A DNA stretch of 64,000 nt from Staphylococcus phage PhiSepi-HH3, in the sequence record MT880872.1, one strand, 5' to 3'. Of the stretch, positions 49,578 to 59,275 are shown piece after piece (the stretch's first letter is position 1; each line of letters opens with the position of its first letter). The translations under genes and the position numbers were made by a program. The notes under the pieces are model-generated. The model ran no database searches and was not told the DNA's origin. It was given only the letters and a program-made list of their open reading frames with translations.

Positions 49578-50213
49578 TTATTTACTATAATTTTTCATGA
49601 AGAACAATAATGATTGTAACTCTATACCAAAATCAATATGATGTACTTGGACATCTTGGGGCGTTTTAATTCGACGTGGCGTAAAGTTTAGTATACCTTT
49701 AACACCGGCTTTAACAAGTTCATCAGCTACTTGTTGTGCCACATTATCTGGTGTTGTTAAAATGACTACATCAATATCTTCTGATTCTAATGTCATTTTG
49801 ATATCATCGCTATGTTTTACCACAACGTCACCGATATTCTCACCTATAATATCTGGTCTAATATCAAAAGCTTCAGTAATTGTCATCTCATCATGTATTG
49901 AAAAGTTATATGTAAGTAATGCACGCCCTAAATTACCGATACCTATAATGGCAATTTTAATTTGATCGCTCTCACTTAATTCCGATTTAAAGAATTCAAG
50001 CATACTATCTATATTATATCCATATCCTTTTTTTCCTAATTCACCAAAGTATGAAAAGTCTCTTCTTATTGTAGCTGAATCAATTTGTAGTGCTTCACTT
50101 ATTGTTTTAGAATTAACACGATCTATACCTTTACCTTTCAAAATACTGACAAATCGGTAATATAAAGGTAGACGTTTTAACGTAGCGCGAGGAATTTTAA
50201 AATCATCTGGCAT
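49578..50213 (-). CDS. rex: redox-sensing transcriptional repressor Rex
   Basis: Translation begins [21 protein letters not shown]...[10 protein letters not shown], carrying the winged-helix and Rossmann fold. It closely matches staphylococcal Rex. The start was set at the Met 31 residues into the track ORF. Confidence 0.85.
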   Translation of the reverse strand: MPDDFKIPRATLKRLPLYYRFVSILKGKGIDRVNSKTISEALQIDSATIRRDFSYFGELGKKGYGYNIDSMLEFFKSELSESDQIKIAIIGIGNLGRALLTYNFSIHDEMTITEAFDIRPDIIGENIGDVVVKHSDDIKMTLESEDIDVVILTTPDNVAQQVADELVKAGVKGILNFTPRRIKTPQDVQVHHIDFGIELQSLLFFMKNYSK

Positions 50214-50559
50214 ATATCTAACCCCCTTTTTCGCGTATATTATGCATGTATCATTAAAATCAGTAAATGAGTTAAAACATATGTTGAATGTCATCTCATA
50301 ATACAAATAATTGTCTACAACGAATACTTAAACATTATACATTATTAATTTTTAAAAATAAATATCCTAGTTTCATGTGTTCTATGAATACTGTAGAATA
50401 GAAGTAATTGAGTTTAACATCATTTCAAGATAACGTACGCAATTTATTTTTCTATTTAAAATTCGATAATATAGAATTAACAAAAATTTAAATATTCAAA
50501 AACAAATACTTTATATATAGTTTAAACCTATTTCAAATACATAGAAAGGTGAGAATCGA

Positions 50560-52494
50560 ATGATACTTTTACAACTTAATGACATCTCCAAATCGTTCGA
50601 TGGTGAAGATATCTTCACAGATGTTAATTTTGAGGTGAAAACTGGCGAAAGAATAGGCGTAGTAGGCCGTAATGGAGCTGGTAAATCGACATTAATGAAA
50701 ATCATAGCAGGTGTGGAAAATTACGATAGTGGTCATATATCAAAAATCAAAAATTTAACAATGAGTTATTTAACTCAACAAATGACACTCAATTCAGAAG
50801 CTACTGTCTTTGAAGAAATGTCTAAGCCTTTTGAACATATAAAGAAAATTGAAAATTTAATTAAGGATGAAACCGATTGGCTTGCACGAAATGGACAAGA
50901 TTATAAATCTGATGAATATCAATCACATATTGAAAAATATGAAACTTTAACGAATCGTTATGAGCAATTAGATGGTTATCAATATGAAAGTAAAATTAAA
51001 ACAGTCCTGCACGGACTTAACTTTACAGAAAGCGATTTTAACAAACCAATTAATGATTTTAGTGGTGGTCAAAAAACACGTCTTTCTCTTGCTCAAATGT
51101 TACTTAAAGAACCCGATTTACTACTTCTTGATGAACCAACTAACCATCTAGACATGGAAACAACCAAGTGGTTAGAGGATTACTTAAAGTACTTTAAAGG
51201 GGCAATTGTAATTATCAGTCATGATAGATATTTTTTAGATAAAATTGTCACTCAAGTATATGATGTTGCTCTAGGAAATGTAAAACACTATGTAGGAAAC
51301 TATGAGCAATTTATAAAGCAACGTAATCAGTATTACGAAAAACGCATGCAAGAATTTGAAAAGCAACAAGAAGAAATCAAGCGTTTAGAAACCTTTGTAG
51401 AAAAAAATATTACTCGTGCATCTACAAGTGGCATGGCTAAGAGTAGACGTAAAACATTGGAAAAAATGGAACGTATTGATAAACCTATGATAGATGCTAG
51501 AAGTGCAAATATACAATTTGGCTTCGACCGTAATACTGGTAATGATGTGATGCACATTCATGATTTAAAAATTGGTTACGACTCACCTATTACACTACCT
51601 ATAAACCTCGAAGTCTTTAAAGGGGATCATATAGCTATCATTGGTCCAAATGGTGTTGGTAAAACAACATTGATAAAAACAATTGCTGAAAAACAAAATA
51701 AACTAGGTGGTCAAATTATCTTTGGTGCTAATTTACAAATTGGTTACTATGATCAAAAACAAGCTGAATTTAAATCAAATAAAACCATTCTCGATTATGT
51801 TTGGGATCAATATCCACACATGAATGAAAAAGATGTACGTGCAGTATTAGGACGTTTCTTGTTCGTTCAAGAAGACGTAAAAAAAATTATCAATGACTTA
51901 TCCGGCGGTGAAAAAGCACGATTACAATTAGCACTTTTAATGTTGCAACGTGATAATGTTCTTATCTTAGATGAACCGACTAACCATTTAGATATTGATT
52001 CTAAAGAAATGCTTGAACAAGCATTGAAAGATTTTGAAGGCACAATTATTTTTGTATCACATGATCGTTATTTTATTAACCAACTTGCAAATAAAGTTTT
52101 TGATTTAAATATTAATGGTGGCCAAATGTTTTTGGGAGATTATCAGTATTATATTGAGAAAACTGAAGAAGCTGCAGCTATCAAAGCACATGAAACAGTA
52201 ACTCAAAATAATTTTGAAAATAAAGAGATTAATCAAGACGCAAATACTTCAACCTACATCAGTCAAAAGCAACAAAAAAGACAACAACGTAAATTAGAAA
52301 GACAAATTGAACATTGTGAAAGACAAATCGAAGAATTAGAAGCACAAATATCACATATCGAAGAACAGTTAACACAACCTGAAGTATTTAACGACCCTCT
52401 AAAAGCTAGTAAATTTGCCAATCAAAAATCCGATATCGAACAAAAATTAGAACAAATAATGTTGGAGTGGGAAAAATTACAAGAAAAGCTCTAA
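50560..52494 (+). CDS. ABC-F family ATPase (two ABC domains, no transmembrane region; YdiF/Uup-like)
   Basis: It has two Walker A motifs (GRNGAGKST and GPNGVGKTT) and two LSGGQ/LSGGE signatures. The inter-domain linker and the C-terminal tail are coiled coils. Confidence 0.85.
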   Translation: MILLQLNDISKSFDGEDIFTDVNFEVKTGERIGVVGRNGAGKSTLMKIIAGVENYDSGHISKIKNLTMSYLTQQMTLNSEATVFEEMSKPFEHIKKIENLIKDETDWLARNGQDYKSDEYQSHIEKYETLTNRYEQLDGYQYESKIKTVLHGLNFTESDFNKPINDFSGGQKTRLSLAQMLLKEPDLLLLDEPTNHLDMETTKWLEDYLKYFKGAIVIISHDRYFLDKIVTQVYDVALGNVKHYVGNYEQFIKQRNQYYEKRMQEFEKQQEEIKRLETFVEKNITRASTSGMAKSRRKTLEKMERIDKPMIDARSANIQFGFDRNTGNDVMHIHDLKIGYDSPITLPINLEVFKGDHIAIIGPNGVGKTTLIKTIAEKQNKLGGQIIFGANLQIGYYDQKQAEFKSNKTILDYVWDQYPHMNEKDVRAVLGRFLFVQEDVKKIINDLSGGEKARLQLALLMLQRDNVLILDEPTNHLDIDSKEMLEQALKDFEGTIIFVSHDRYFINQLANKVFDLNINGGQMFLGDYQYYIEKTEEAAAIKAHETVTQNNFENKEINQDANTSTYISQKQQKRQQRKLERQIEHCERQIEELEAQISHIEEQLTQPEVFNDPLKASKFANQKSDIEQKLEQIMLEWEKLQEKL

Positions 52495-52510
52495 TTTCCA
52501 ACATAATGAC

Positions 52511-52562
52511 AAGACACCTGAAAGTTGAATATATGACTTTTCGGTGTCTTTTAGTATTTTTT
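52511..52562 (+). terminator. putative terminator after the ABC-F gene
   Basis: The sequence is aagacacc...ggtgtctt followed by a T-rich tract. The loop is long. Confidence 0.4.
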
Positions 52563-52603
52563 TACACAAATATTATTAACAGCTTGAATTACTTTCATAA
52601 TCA

Positions 52604-52735
52604 CTATCCACAGAGTTATCCTACTTATCCACAAGTAAATTGACACTTTTTCTTTTTTAATTTTACTTATTTATTTACATATCCACAAACAACTTCACTA
52701 CTTACCCACAACTTACTCACATTTTGTTGATAAGT
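52604..52735. promoter_or_regulatory. cluster of at least 6 DnaA-box-like nonamers (TTATCCACA and variants with one mismatch)
   Basis: The boxes are cTATCCACA (52604-52612), TTATCCACA (52625-52633), aTATCCACA (52679-52687), TTAcCCACA (52702-52710), TTAcTCACA (52713-52721) and TTATCaACA on the minus strand at about 52724-52734. Confidence 0.6.
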
Positions 52736-52835
52736 ACGCACGTTCCCTATTGACAACTTATTTTCTATTTTCAATTGTTTACGATATTCATTTATGAAAT
52801 AATTTATTTAGAAAGAAAAAGGAGAACTAAACTTC

Positions 52836-54452
52836 ATGACGAACAATCAAACCTTAGTACTAATTATATTAACTTTCATCATCCTAATTACACTTGTAAA
52901 TGTAATTATCTCTATTATAGAGAGACGTAAACAGATTGCTAAAATAAATACTTTATGGGATAACAAATTAAAATTAGAAAGTTTTATACGTCCTAATTCA
53001 CGATTCGATGCCCAATATCACGCTTACCGTGATCATTACAATGAGCAGTCATTTATCGACGATAAGACTTGGTCAGACCTAAATATGGATACGTTATTTC
53101 ATAAAATTAATTTTAATTTCACTGCAATTGGTGAAATGCGACTATATGCAACTTTAAGAGGTATGTTTAAGGTAAATCAAACCTCATTGATAAACAAGTT
53201 TAAAGATAATAAAGTATTTCGTTTAAATGTATCTTACATTCTTTCTAAAATTGGTAAAAATGTATACCCTTTATTTCCAGATCAAATGTTACCCACTAAG
53301 CGAAATATTTTATTAATGTTTTGTCCGTTGTTACCATTTATCGGGGTCGCATTCATTTTTTTAATTCCTTCAAAAGGTATATTAATATGTCTTACTTTTA
53401 TGATTTTAAATGCAATATTATCTTTCAAACTAAAAAAATCTTATGACCAAGATTTAAAATCAATTTTTTATACTGCTAATGTTATAAAGCAAAGTCAAGC
53501 TTTAAGTAAGATTGAGAGCACGCCCGCGATAAGTGTTGATTTTACTCATTTTAAAGCTTCACGCCGTTTTAGTGGTTTATTAGTTAGAGTAGAATCACAA
53601 GATATGGCGAGTAGCATAATCATGTTTATTAAATTAGTATTCATGATAGATTATTTTTTATTTCATTTAATACAACGCAGCTACTTTAAGTATCAAGAAG
53701 AAGTTATGGCATGTTATGACTATATAAGCATATTAGATAATCATTACTCTATAGCTATGTATCAACATACTTTGACACATTATTGTTATCCTAAAATCAA
53801 TCACAATATTAATGGGCTTCAAATGAAATCAATCATTCATCCTCTACTAGATGAAGAAAATGCGATTGCTAACACAATTGACATTTCAAATCATATATTA
53901 CTCACAGGCTCTAATGCATCAGGAAAATCTACATTTATGAAAGCAGTTGCACTAAATTTGATTTTAGCTCAATCGATACAAACTGCAACAGCTCACTCAT
54001 TTATTTATCAACCTGGCTATGTAATGACATCAATGGCAAATGCGGATGACGTTTTAAGTGGTGACAGTTATTTCATGTCAGAACTTAAGTCTATTCGTAG
54101 ATTATTTAACACTCATCAGTGCAATAAGATATATTGTTTTATAGATGAAATTTTTAAAGGAACGAATACAACTGAACGTATTGCGGCTTCTGAATCAGTT
54201 TTATCGTATTTAGATAATCAAAAAGCATATCAGGTTATCGCTGCGACACATGATGTTGAATTATCAACATTATTAGAAAATACATATAATAATTATCATT
54301 TTAATGAATCTATTCAAGAAAATAGCATATTTTTCGATTACAAAATTAAACCTGGTAAAGCCAATACACGTAATGCAATTGAATTACTACGCATTACGCA
54401 GTTTCCTATCGATATTTATCAGCGTGCTCAACAAAATATTCGAAACCTCTAG
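52836..54452 (+). CDS. membrane-anchored MutS-domain-V ATPase protein (MutS-related; no Smr or endonuclease domain seen)
   Basis: The N-terminus has hydrophobic transmembrane segments. The C-terminal ABC-like ATPase carries the Walker A motif GSNASGKST and a MutS domain V signature. Confidence 0.6.
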   Translation: MTNNQTLVLIILTFIILITLVNVIISIIERRKQIAKINTLWDNKLKLESFIRPNSRFDAQYHAYRDHYNEQSFIDDKTWSDLNMDTLFHKINFNFTAIGEMRLYATLRGMFKVNQTSLINKFKDNKVFRLNVSYILSKIGKNVYPLFPDQMLPTKRNILLMFCPLLPFIGVAFIFLIPSKGILICLTFMILNAILSFKLKKSYDQDLKSIFYTANVIKQSQALSKIESTPAISVDFTHFKASRRFSGLLVRVESQDMASSIIMFIKLVFMIDYFLFHLIQRSYFKYQEEVMACYDYISILDNHYSIAMYQHTLTHYCYPKINHNINGLQMKSIIHPLLDEENAIANTIDISNHILLTGSNASGKSTFMKAVALNLILAQSIQTATAHSFIYQPGYVMTSMANADDVLSGDSYFMSELKSIRRLFNTHQCNKIYCFIDEIFKGTNTTERIAASESVLSYLDNQKAYQVIAATHDVELSTLLENTYNNYHFNESIQENSIFFDYKIKPGKANTRNAIELLRITQFPIDIYQRAQQNIRNL

Positions 54453-54483
54453 AATTAATTAGTTTAATATTTATAAAAAAGTT

Positions 54484-54526
54484 AAGCGCCTATCTAAAAG
54501 TAGTTACTCTTAGATAGGCGCTTTGA
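54484..54526. terminator. bidirectional terminator between the convergent MutS-like gene and tsaD
   Basis: The 13-bp stem is aagcgcctatcta...tagataggcgctt. Confidence 0.7.
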
Positions 54527-54534
54527 AATATTAT

Positions 54535-55557
54535 TTAAACAGAAAAAGTTTCAATATCAATATTATTTTGTCCATTTAAAGCTAAATCGCCACGCAAACC
54601 AGCTTGATATAAATAATATCCAGCAGCACCAATCATCGCTGCATTATCAGTGCAAAGAACAGGACTTGGAATAGTAAGGTGTATGCCCTCTTTTTTACAT
54701 GCTTCACTTAGTGCAGTTCTTAATCCTTTATTACTAGCAACACCACCAGCAACAATTAAGCGATTAACATGATAGGTTTTACAAGCATGAATAGCTTTAT
54801 AGGTTAAAACTTCTACAACACTATTTTGGAAACTCGTTGCAACATCTTCAGCTACAATTTCAATATTTTTCTGTCTTAAATTATGCAGTTTATTTATTAC
54901 AGCACTTTTAAGACCACTAAAACTAAAATCATAACTATCTTTTTCGAGCCAAACTCTTGGAAAATCATATACATCTTTACCTTTAGCTGCTAATCGATCA
55001 ATATGTGGTCCACCAGGATAAGGAAGATTGATTGTTCGAGCAACTTTATCATAAGCTTCTCCTACTGCATCATCTCTCGTTTCACCAATCACTTCGAAAT
55101 CTAAATGATTTTTCATATATACCAGTTCAGTATGACCACCAGATACAATCAATGACATAAGTGGAAATGTTAATGGTTGTTCTAAGTGATTAGCATAAAT
55201 ATGACCAGCAATATGATGTACTGGAATAATAGGCTTATCATAAGCAAATGCCAAAGCTTTAGCCGCATTAATACCAATTAATAAAGCTCCTATTAATCCT
55301 GGGCCTTGTGTTACTGCAATAGCGTCAATGTCTTCCATTTTCACTTTTGCACTCACTAACGATTCATCTATAGTTGCTGTTATTCCTTCAACATGATGTC
55401 TACTAGCAACTTCAGGTACAACACCACCAAAACGTTTGTGACTATCTATTTGACTTAAAACAGTATTAGATAATAGTTCAGTGCCATTCTTTATTACACT
55501 TACACTCGTTTCATCACAACTTGTTTCTATTGCTAAGATTAATTTATTATTTGTCAT
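54535..55557 (-). CDS. tsaD: tRNA N6-threonylcarbamoyladenosine synthase TsaD (Gcp/Kae1 family)
   Basis: Translation begins [21 protein letters not shown] and contains ...HHVEGH.... The start overlaps the rimI stop codon (ATGA). Confidence 0.9.
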   Translation of the reverse strand: MTNNKLILAIETSCDETSVSVIKNGTELLSNTVLSQIDSHKRFGGVVPEVASRHHVEGITATIDESLVSAKVKMEDIDAIAVTQGPGLIGALLIGINAAKALAFAYDKPIIPVHHIAGHIYANHLEQPLTFPLMSLIVSGGHTELVYMKNHLDFEVIGETRDDAVGEAYDKVARTINLPYPGGPHIDRLAAKGKDVYDFPRVWLEKDSYDFSFSGLKSAVINKLHNLRQKNIEIVAEDVATSFQNSVVEVLTYKAIHACKTYHVNRLIVAGGVASNKGLRTALSEACKKEGIHLTIPSPVLCTDNAAMIGAAGYYLYQAGLRGDLALNGQNNIDIETFSV

Positions 55558-56015
55558 TTCAAATTCACCCACATGACTAATGCGTCCTCGCCTTCTCCAT
55601 AATAATTCTTTCTTTTGCCACCATTTTGGAATCCCAAATTCCTATAAACATGTTGTGCAACATCATTATCTATTCTTACCTCTAAACTCATCACATCACA
55701 AGAAAAACGTGCATAGTTCATTGCATATTTAAGTAAAAGTTGACCAAGACCATAGCCTCTAAATGCCTTTGATATAGCTATCGTTGTAATTTGTGCTTGA
55801 TCAACGACTAACCATAAACCAACATATCCAATTATTTTGTCACTAAATTCTATAACAAAATATGTAGCAAATTCGTTGTTTTCTATTTCATGATAAAATG
55901 CATCAATTGACCACGAACTGTGTGAGAAACTATTTCTTTCTATATCAAAAACTTTAGGAACATCTTCCACACTCATTTTCCTAATATTCAATTGTTCTCT
56001 TGTTGGTTTAACCAA
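55554..56015 (-). CDS. rimI: ribosomal-protein-alanine N-acetyltransferase (GNAT)
   Basis: The GNAT motifs are [17 protein letters not shown]. Its position inside the tsa operon is conserved. Confidence 0.8.
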   Translation of the reverse strand: MVKPTREQLNIRKMSVEDVPKVFDIERNSFSHSSWSIDAFYHEIENNEFATYFVIEFSDKIIGYVGLWLVVDQAQITTIAISKAFRGYGLGQLLLKYAMNYARFSCDVMSLEVRIDNDVAQHVYRNLGFQNGGKRKNYYGEGEDALVMWVNLK

Positions 56016-56650
56016 TTTCGTTCCGCCTCTGATAATTTATGATATTTAGGAGTAAATGAATGTATATTTTCTGGTTTTTGAATTAATTGCTTCATACTTG
56101 AAGCTTGTGGTAACTGTTCTACGATGTCACTGTCTAATAAATGTTTTATTTTTTCGGTATGATATCCTACAAACACATATGGTTGGTTTAATTGATGAAG
56201 TTTTTCAATAAGTTCAAAAATAGGTATATAAGTGTCATCAATAATGGTTATTAATTCATTGTCCTGATATTGATAAACACCTGCATAAACTGCTTCTCTT
56301 CTAGCATCAAAAATGGGTACTAACAACTTCGTACTGTCTTTTACTGTGCTAGCAAGTGCTTTAAGTGATGAGACACCATATAAGTTAGTGTTTAATGCAT
56401 ACGCTAATGTTTTAGCAACAGTAACCCCTATTCTAAGACCGGTATATGAACCTGGACCTTTCGCTACCACGATATCAGTTATTTCTGTTTTATTTATTTT
56501 ACTTTCTGTAAGAATTTCTGCTATTTCAGGCATGAGTTGCACTGAATGATTCTTTTTGATATCAGTTGTTTTTTCAGCAATCACTTCATTATCTTTCATA
56601 ATAGCAACTGATAAAGGTTGGTTTGACGTATCAATTAGAAGATAGTTCAT
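55988..56650 (-). CDS. tsaB: tRNA threonylcarbamoyladenosine biosynthesis protein TsaB
   Basis: The inactive Gcp-like N-terminus reads MNYLLIDTSNQPLSVAI.... It lies between tsaE and rimI. Confidence 0.8.
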   Translation of the reverse strand: MNYLLIDTSNQPLSVAIMKDNEVIAEKTTDIKKNHSVQLMPEIAEILTESKINKTEITDIVVAKGPGSYTGLRIGVTVAKTLAYALNTNLYGVSSLKALASTVKDSTKLLVPIFDARREAVYAGVYQYQDNELITIIDDTYIPIFELIEKLHQLNQPYVFVGYHTEKIKHLLDSDIVEQLPQASSMKQLIQKPENIHSFTPKYHKLSEAERNWLNQQENN

Positions 56651-57092
56651 TCAAAATTGCCTCCTTTACTAATGCATAATGTTGCCCATGTGTTTCAATG
56701 GATACTTGTCTCTCATTCGCATTTTTGACACTTATATTAATCGTTAAGTGATTAGGAGGAAGGAAATCTTTGATAAATTTACTCCACTCTATAACTATGA
56801 TAGCATTGTCTTCAAAATATTCATCGAAACCTAAATCATCTTCCTCACCTTCTAGTCGATAACAGTCCATATGATGTAATCGTATGCTAGAACCTTTATA
56901 AGATTTGATTATATTAAATGTTGGTGAGTTTATCGTTCTTTTAACACCTAACGCTTTTCCTATAAATTGCGTTAATGTAGTTTTCCCTGCTCCTAGGTCA
57001 CCATTTAATAAAATCAAGTCCTTAGCACTTAAATGTTTTACAAGTATTTGAGCAAATTTATCCATTTCATTTAAATTGTGAATAGTTATCAA
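56631..57092 (-). CDS. tsaE: tRNA threonylcarbamoyladenosine biosynthesis ATPase TsaE
   Basis: P-loop GDLGAGKTT. It is 153 aa and is the first gene of the operon. Confidence 0.8.
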   Translation of the reverse strand: MITIHNLNEMDKFAQILVKHLSAKDLILLNGDLGAGKTTLTQFIGKALGVKRTINSPTFNIIKSYKGSSIRLHHMDCYRLEGEEDDLGFDEYFEDNAIIVIEWSKFIKDFLPPNHLTINISVKNANERQVSIETHGQHYALVKEAILNELSSN

Positions 57093-57240
57093 TTTTTACT
57101 CTCCTATATATGATTATTTAAAATCAAATTATCTCTATATTTAAAGATATATAAACATTTCTACATGGTTTATTAACTTATTCATTGTAACAAATTTTAA
57201 TTCAAATTTCTTCGTAAAATATTTAATCTTGTCCTCTGTA

Positions 57241-57255
57241 AATTTTTAGAAAATT
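57241..57255 (+). promoter_or_regulatory. CodY box (AATTTTTAGAAAATT, 14 of 15 positions matching the AATTTTCWGAAAATT consensus) upstream of the ilv promoter
   Basis: A direct match by eye. It lies 13 nt upstream of the TTGACA at 57268. Confidence 0.6.
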
Positions 57256-57267
57256 CTAAATTTATTA

Positions 57268-57296
57268 TTGACACAATTCACCACATGTAGTAAATT
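57268..57296 (+). promoter_or_regulatory. ilv-leu operon promoter candidate (TTGACA, 17-nt spacer, TAAATT)
   Basis: The sequence is ttgaca-caattcaccacatgtag-taaatt. Confidence 0.45.
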
Positions 57297-57368
57297 GAAT
57301 TTATCAAATTTTAAAACAATTCAAACTATTAAGAATAAATGACCATTCAACGAAAGGAGTATAATAAA

Positions 57369-57437
57369 ATGACTTATCTATCTACGCTAGACCTACCAAC
57401 AACTCAACAAGCTATTATCATTTTATTATACTCGTAA
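57369..57437 (+). CDS. ilv-leu leader peptide (22 aa, [22 protein letters not shown]), rich in Leu and Ile
   Basis: The ribosome-binding site AAAGGAG lies 8 nt upstream. The peptide has 5 Leu and 4 Ile in 22 residues. Alternative hairpins lie directly downstream. Confidence 0.6.
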   Translation: MTYLSTLDLPTTQQAIIILLYS

Positions 57438-57497
57438 GGACTCGAACTTTAGAAAAGTTTTAACTTCTAAATGTTTAAGTCCTATTTCTAGTTGGAT

Positions 57498-57540
57498 GGG
57501 ACTTAACAACGTCCCAATATTCATTGGGACGTTTTTTTAT
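57498..57540 (+). terminator. attenuator of the ilv-leu operon: an antiterminator (gggac...gtccc) overlapping a terminator (gtccca...tgggac plus T7)
   Basis: Mutually exclusive stems share the gtccc segment. The terminator stem spans 57511-57530 and the T-run spans 57532-57538. An upstream pause/anti-antiterminator stem is formed by aggact...agtcct. Confidence 0.65.
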
Positions 57541-57570
57541 TTTCTAAATAATTATATGGGGGAACGATAT

Positions 57571-59259
57571 ATGCGAAGTGATATGATCAAAAAAGGAGAT
57601 CACCAAGCTCCTGCAAGAAGTCTTTTACATGCGACTGGCGCTTTTAAACAACCTACAGATATGAATAAACCTTTCGTAGCAATTTGTAACTCTTATATTG
57701 ATATTGTTCCTGGGCACGTTCATTTAAGAGAATTAGCAGATATCGCAAAGGAAGCTATTAGAGAAGCAGGTGCTATCCCATTCGAATTTAATACTATTGG
57801 TGTTGACGATGGAATAGCTATGGGACATATTGGCATGAGATATTCCTTACCTTCAAGAGAAATTATCGCAGATGCAGCTGAAACAGTTATTAACGCACAT
57901 TGGTTTGATGGTGTATTTTACATTCCTAATTGCGATAAAATTACGCCAGGAATGTTACTCGCAGCTGTTAGAACAAATGTACCAGCTATCTTTTGCTCAG
58001 GAGGCCCAATGAAAGCAGGTCTTTCCGCTCAAGGTAAGGCTTTGACATTATCTTCAATGTTTGAAGCGGTTGGAGCTTTTAAAGAAGGAACAATCTCAAA
58101 AGAAGCATTTTTAGACATGGAGCAAAACGCTTGTCCTACATGTGGTTCATGCGCCGGTATGTTTACCGCAAACTCAATGAACTGTTTAATGGAAGTTTTA
58201 GGTTTAGCCCTACCATATAATGGTACAGCTCTAGCTGTGAGTGACCAACGTCGTGAAATGATTAGACAAGCTGCATTCAGGTTGGTTGAAAATATTAAAA
58301 ATGATATTAAACCTCGCGATATTATCACACAAGATGCGATTGATGATGCTTTTGCTCTTGATATGGCCATGGGAGGTTCTACTAATACTGTTCTTCATAC
58401 TCTTGCAATTGCAAATGAAGCAGGTATTGACTACGATTTAGAACGTATTAATGAAATTGCTAAAAAAACACCTTACCTTTCTAAAATTGCACCTAGTTCT
58501 TCTTATTCTATGCACGATGTTCATGAAGCAGGTGGCGTCCCAGCTATTATAAATGAATTGATGAAAAAGGATGGTACTTTACATCCGGATAGATTAACAG
58601 TTACGGGTAAAACCTTGAGAGAAAATAATGAAGGTAAAAACATCAAAAATTTTGAAGTTATTCATCCTCTTGAAAACCCTTATGATAAGCAAGGTGGATT
58701 ATCTGTTTTATTCGGAAACCTCGCACCTAAAGGAGCGGTAATCAAGGTCGGTGGAGTTGATCCTTCAATTAAAGTATTTACAGGAAAGGCAATTTGTTTC
58801 AATTCTCATGATGAAGCTGTTGAAGCCATTGATAATCATACAGTTAGAGAAGGACATGTTGTTGTTATTAGATATGAGGGACCTAAGGGAGGTCCTGGAA
58901 TGCCAGAAATGCTAGCCCCTACGTCTTCCATAGTGGGCAGAGGATTAGGTAAAGATGTTGCATTAATTACGGACGGTAGATTTTCGGGAGCAACTAGAGG
59001 TATTGCAGTTGGACATATTTCACCTGAAGCCGCTTCAGGTGGACCCATTGGCTTAATAAGAGATGGTGATAAAATTACGATTGATTTAATCAATAGAACT
59101 CTAAACGTAGATCAATCTGAAGAAGAACTATATCGCCGTAAAAATCAGCTTGAACCATTCAGAGCAAAGGTTAAAACAGGCTACTTAGCTAGATATACTA
59201 GTTTAGTCACAAGCGCTAATACTGGAGGTATTATGCAAGTTCCGGAAAACCTTATTTAA
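57571..59259 (+). CDS. ilvD: dihydroxy-acid dehydratase
   Basis: Translation begins [19 protein letters not shown]... and contains CDKITPGM, a [2Fe-2S] Cys motif. The start was reset downstream of the attenuator. The track ORF starts at 57496, inside the terminator. Confidence 0.9.
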   Translation: MRSDMIKKGDHQAPARSLLHATGAFKQPTDMNKPFVAICNSYIDIVPGHVHLRELADIAKEAIREAGAIPFEFNTIGVDDGIAMGHIGMRYSLPSREIIADAAETVINAHWFDGVFYIPNCDKITPGMLLAAVRTNVPAIFCSGGPMKAGLSAQGKALTLSSMFEAVGAFKEGTISKEAFLDMEQNACPTCGSCAGMFTANSMNCLMEVLGLALPYNGTALAVSDQRREMIRQAAFRLVENIKNDIKPRDIITQDAIDDAFALDMAMGGSTNTVLHTLAIANEAGIDYDLERINEIAKKTPYLSKIAPSSSYSMHDVHEAGGVPAIINELMKKDGTLHPDRLTVTGKTLRENNEGKNIKNFEVIHPLENPYDKQGGLSVLFGNLAPKGAVIKVGGVDPSIKVFTGKAICFNSHDEAVEAIDNHTVREGHVVVIRYEGPKGGPGMPEMLAPTSSIVGRGLGKDVALITDGRFSGATRGIAVGHISPEAASGGPIGLIRDGDKITIDLINRTLNVDQSEEELYRRKNQLEPFRAKVKTGYLARYTSLVTSANTGGIMQVPENLI

Positions 59260-59275
59260 TTAGGAGATGATTAAA

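Noticed and set aside
50307-50559. A possible Rex operator (TTCATgtgttctATGAA inverted repeat) in the rex/ABC-F divergent region
   Set aside because: The repeat does not match the Rex consensus TTGTGAA-n4-TTCACAA well enough to call.
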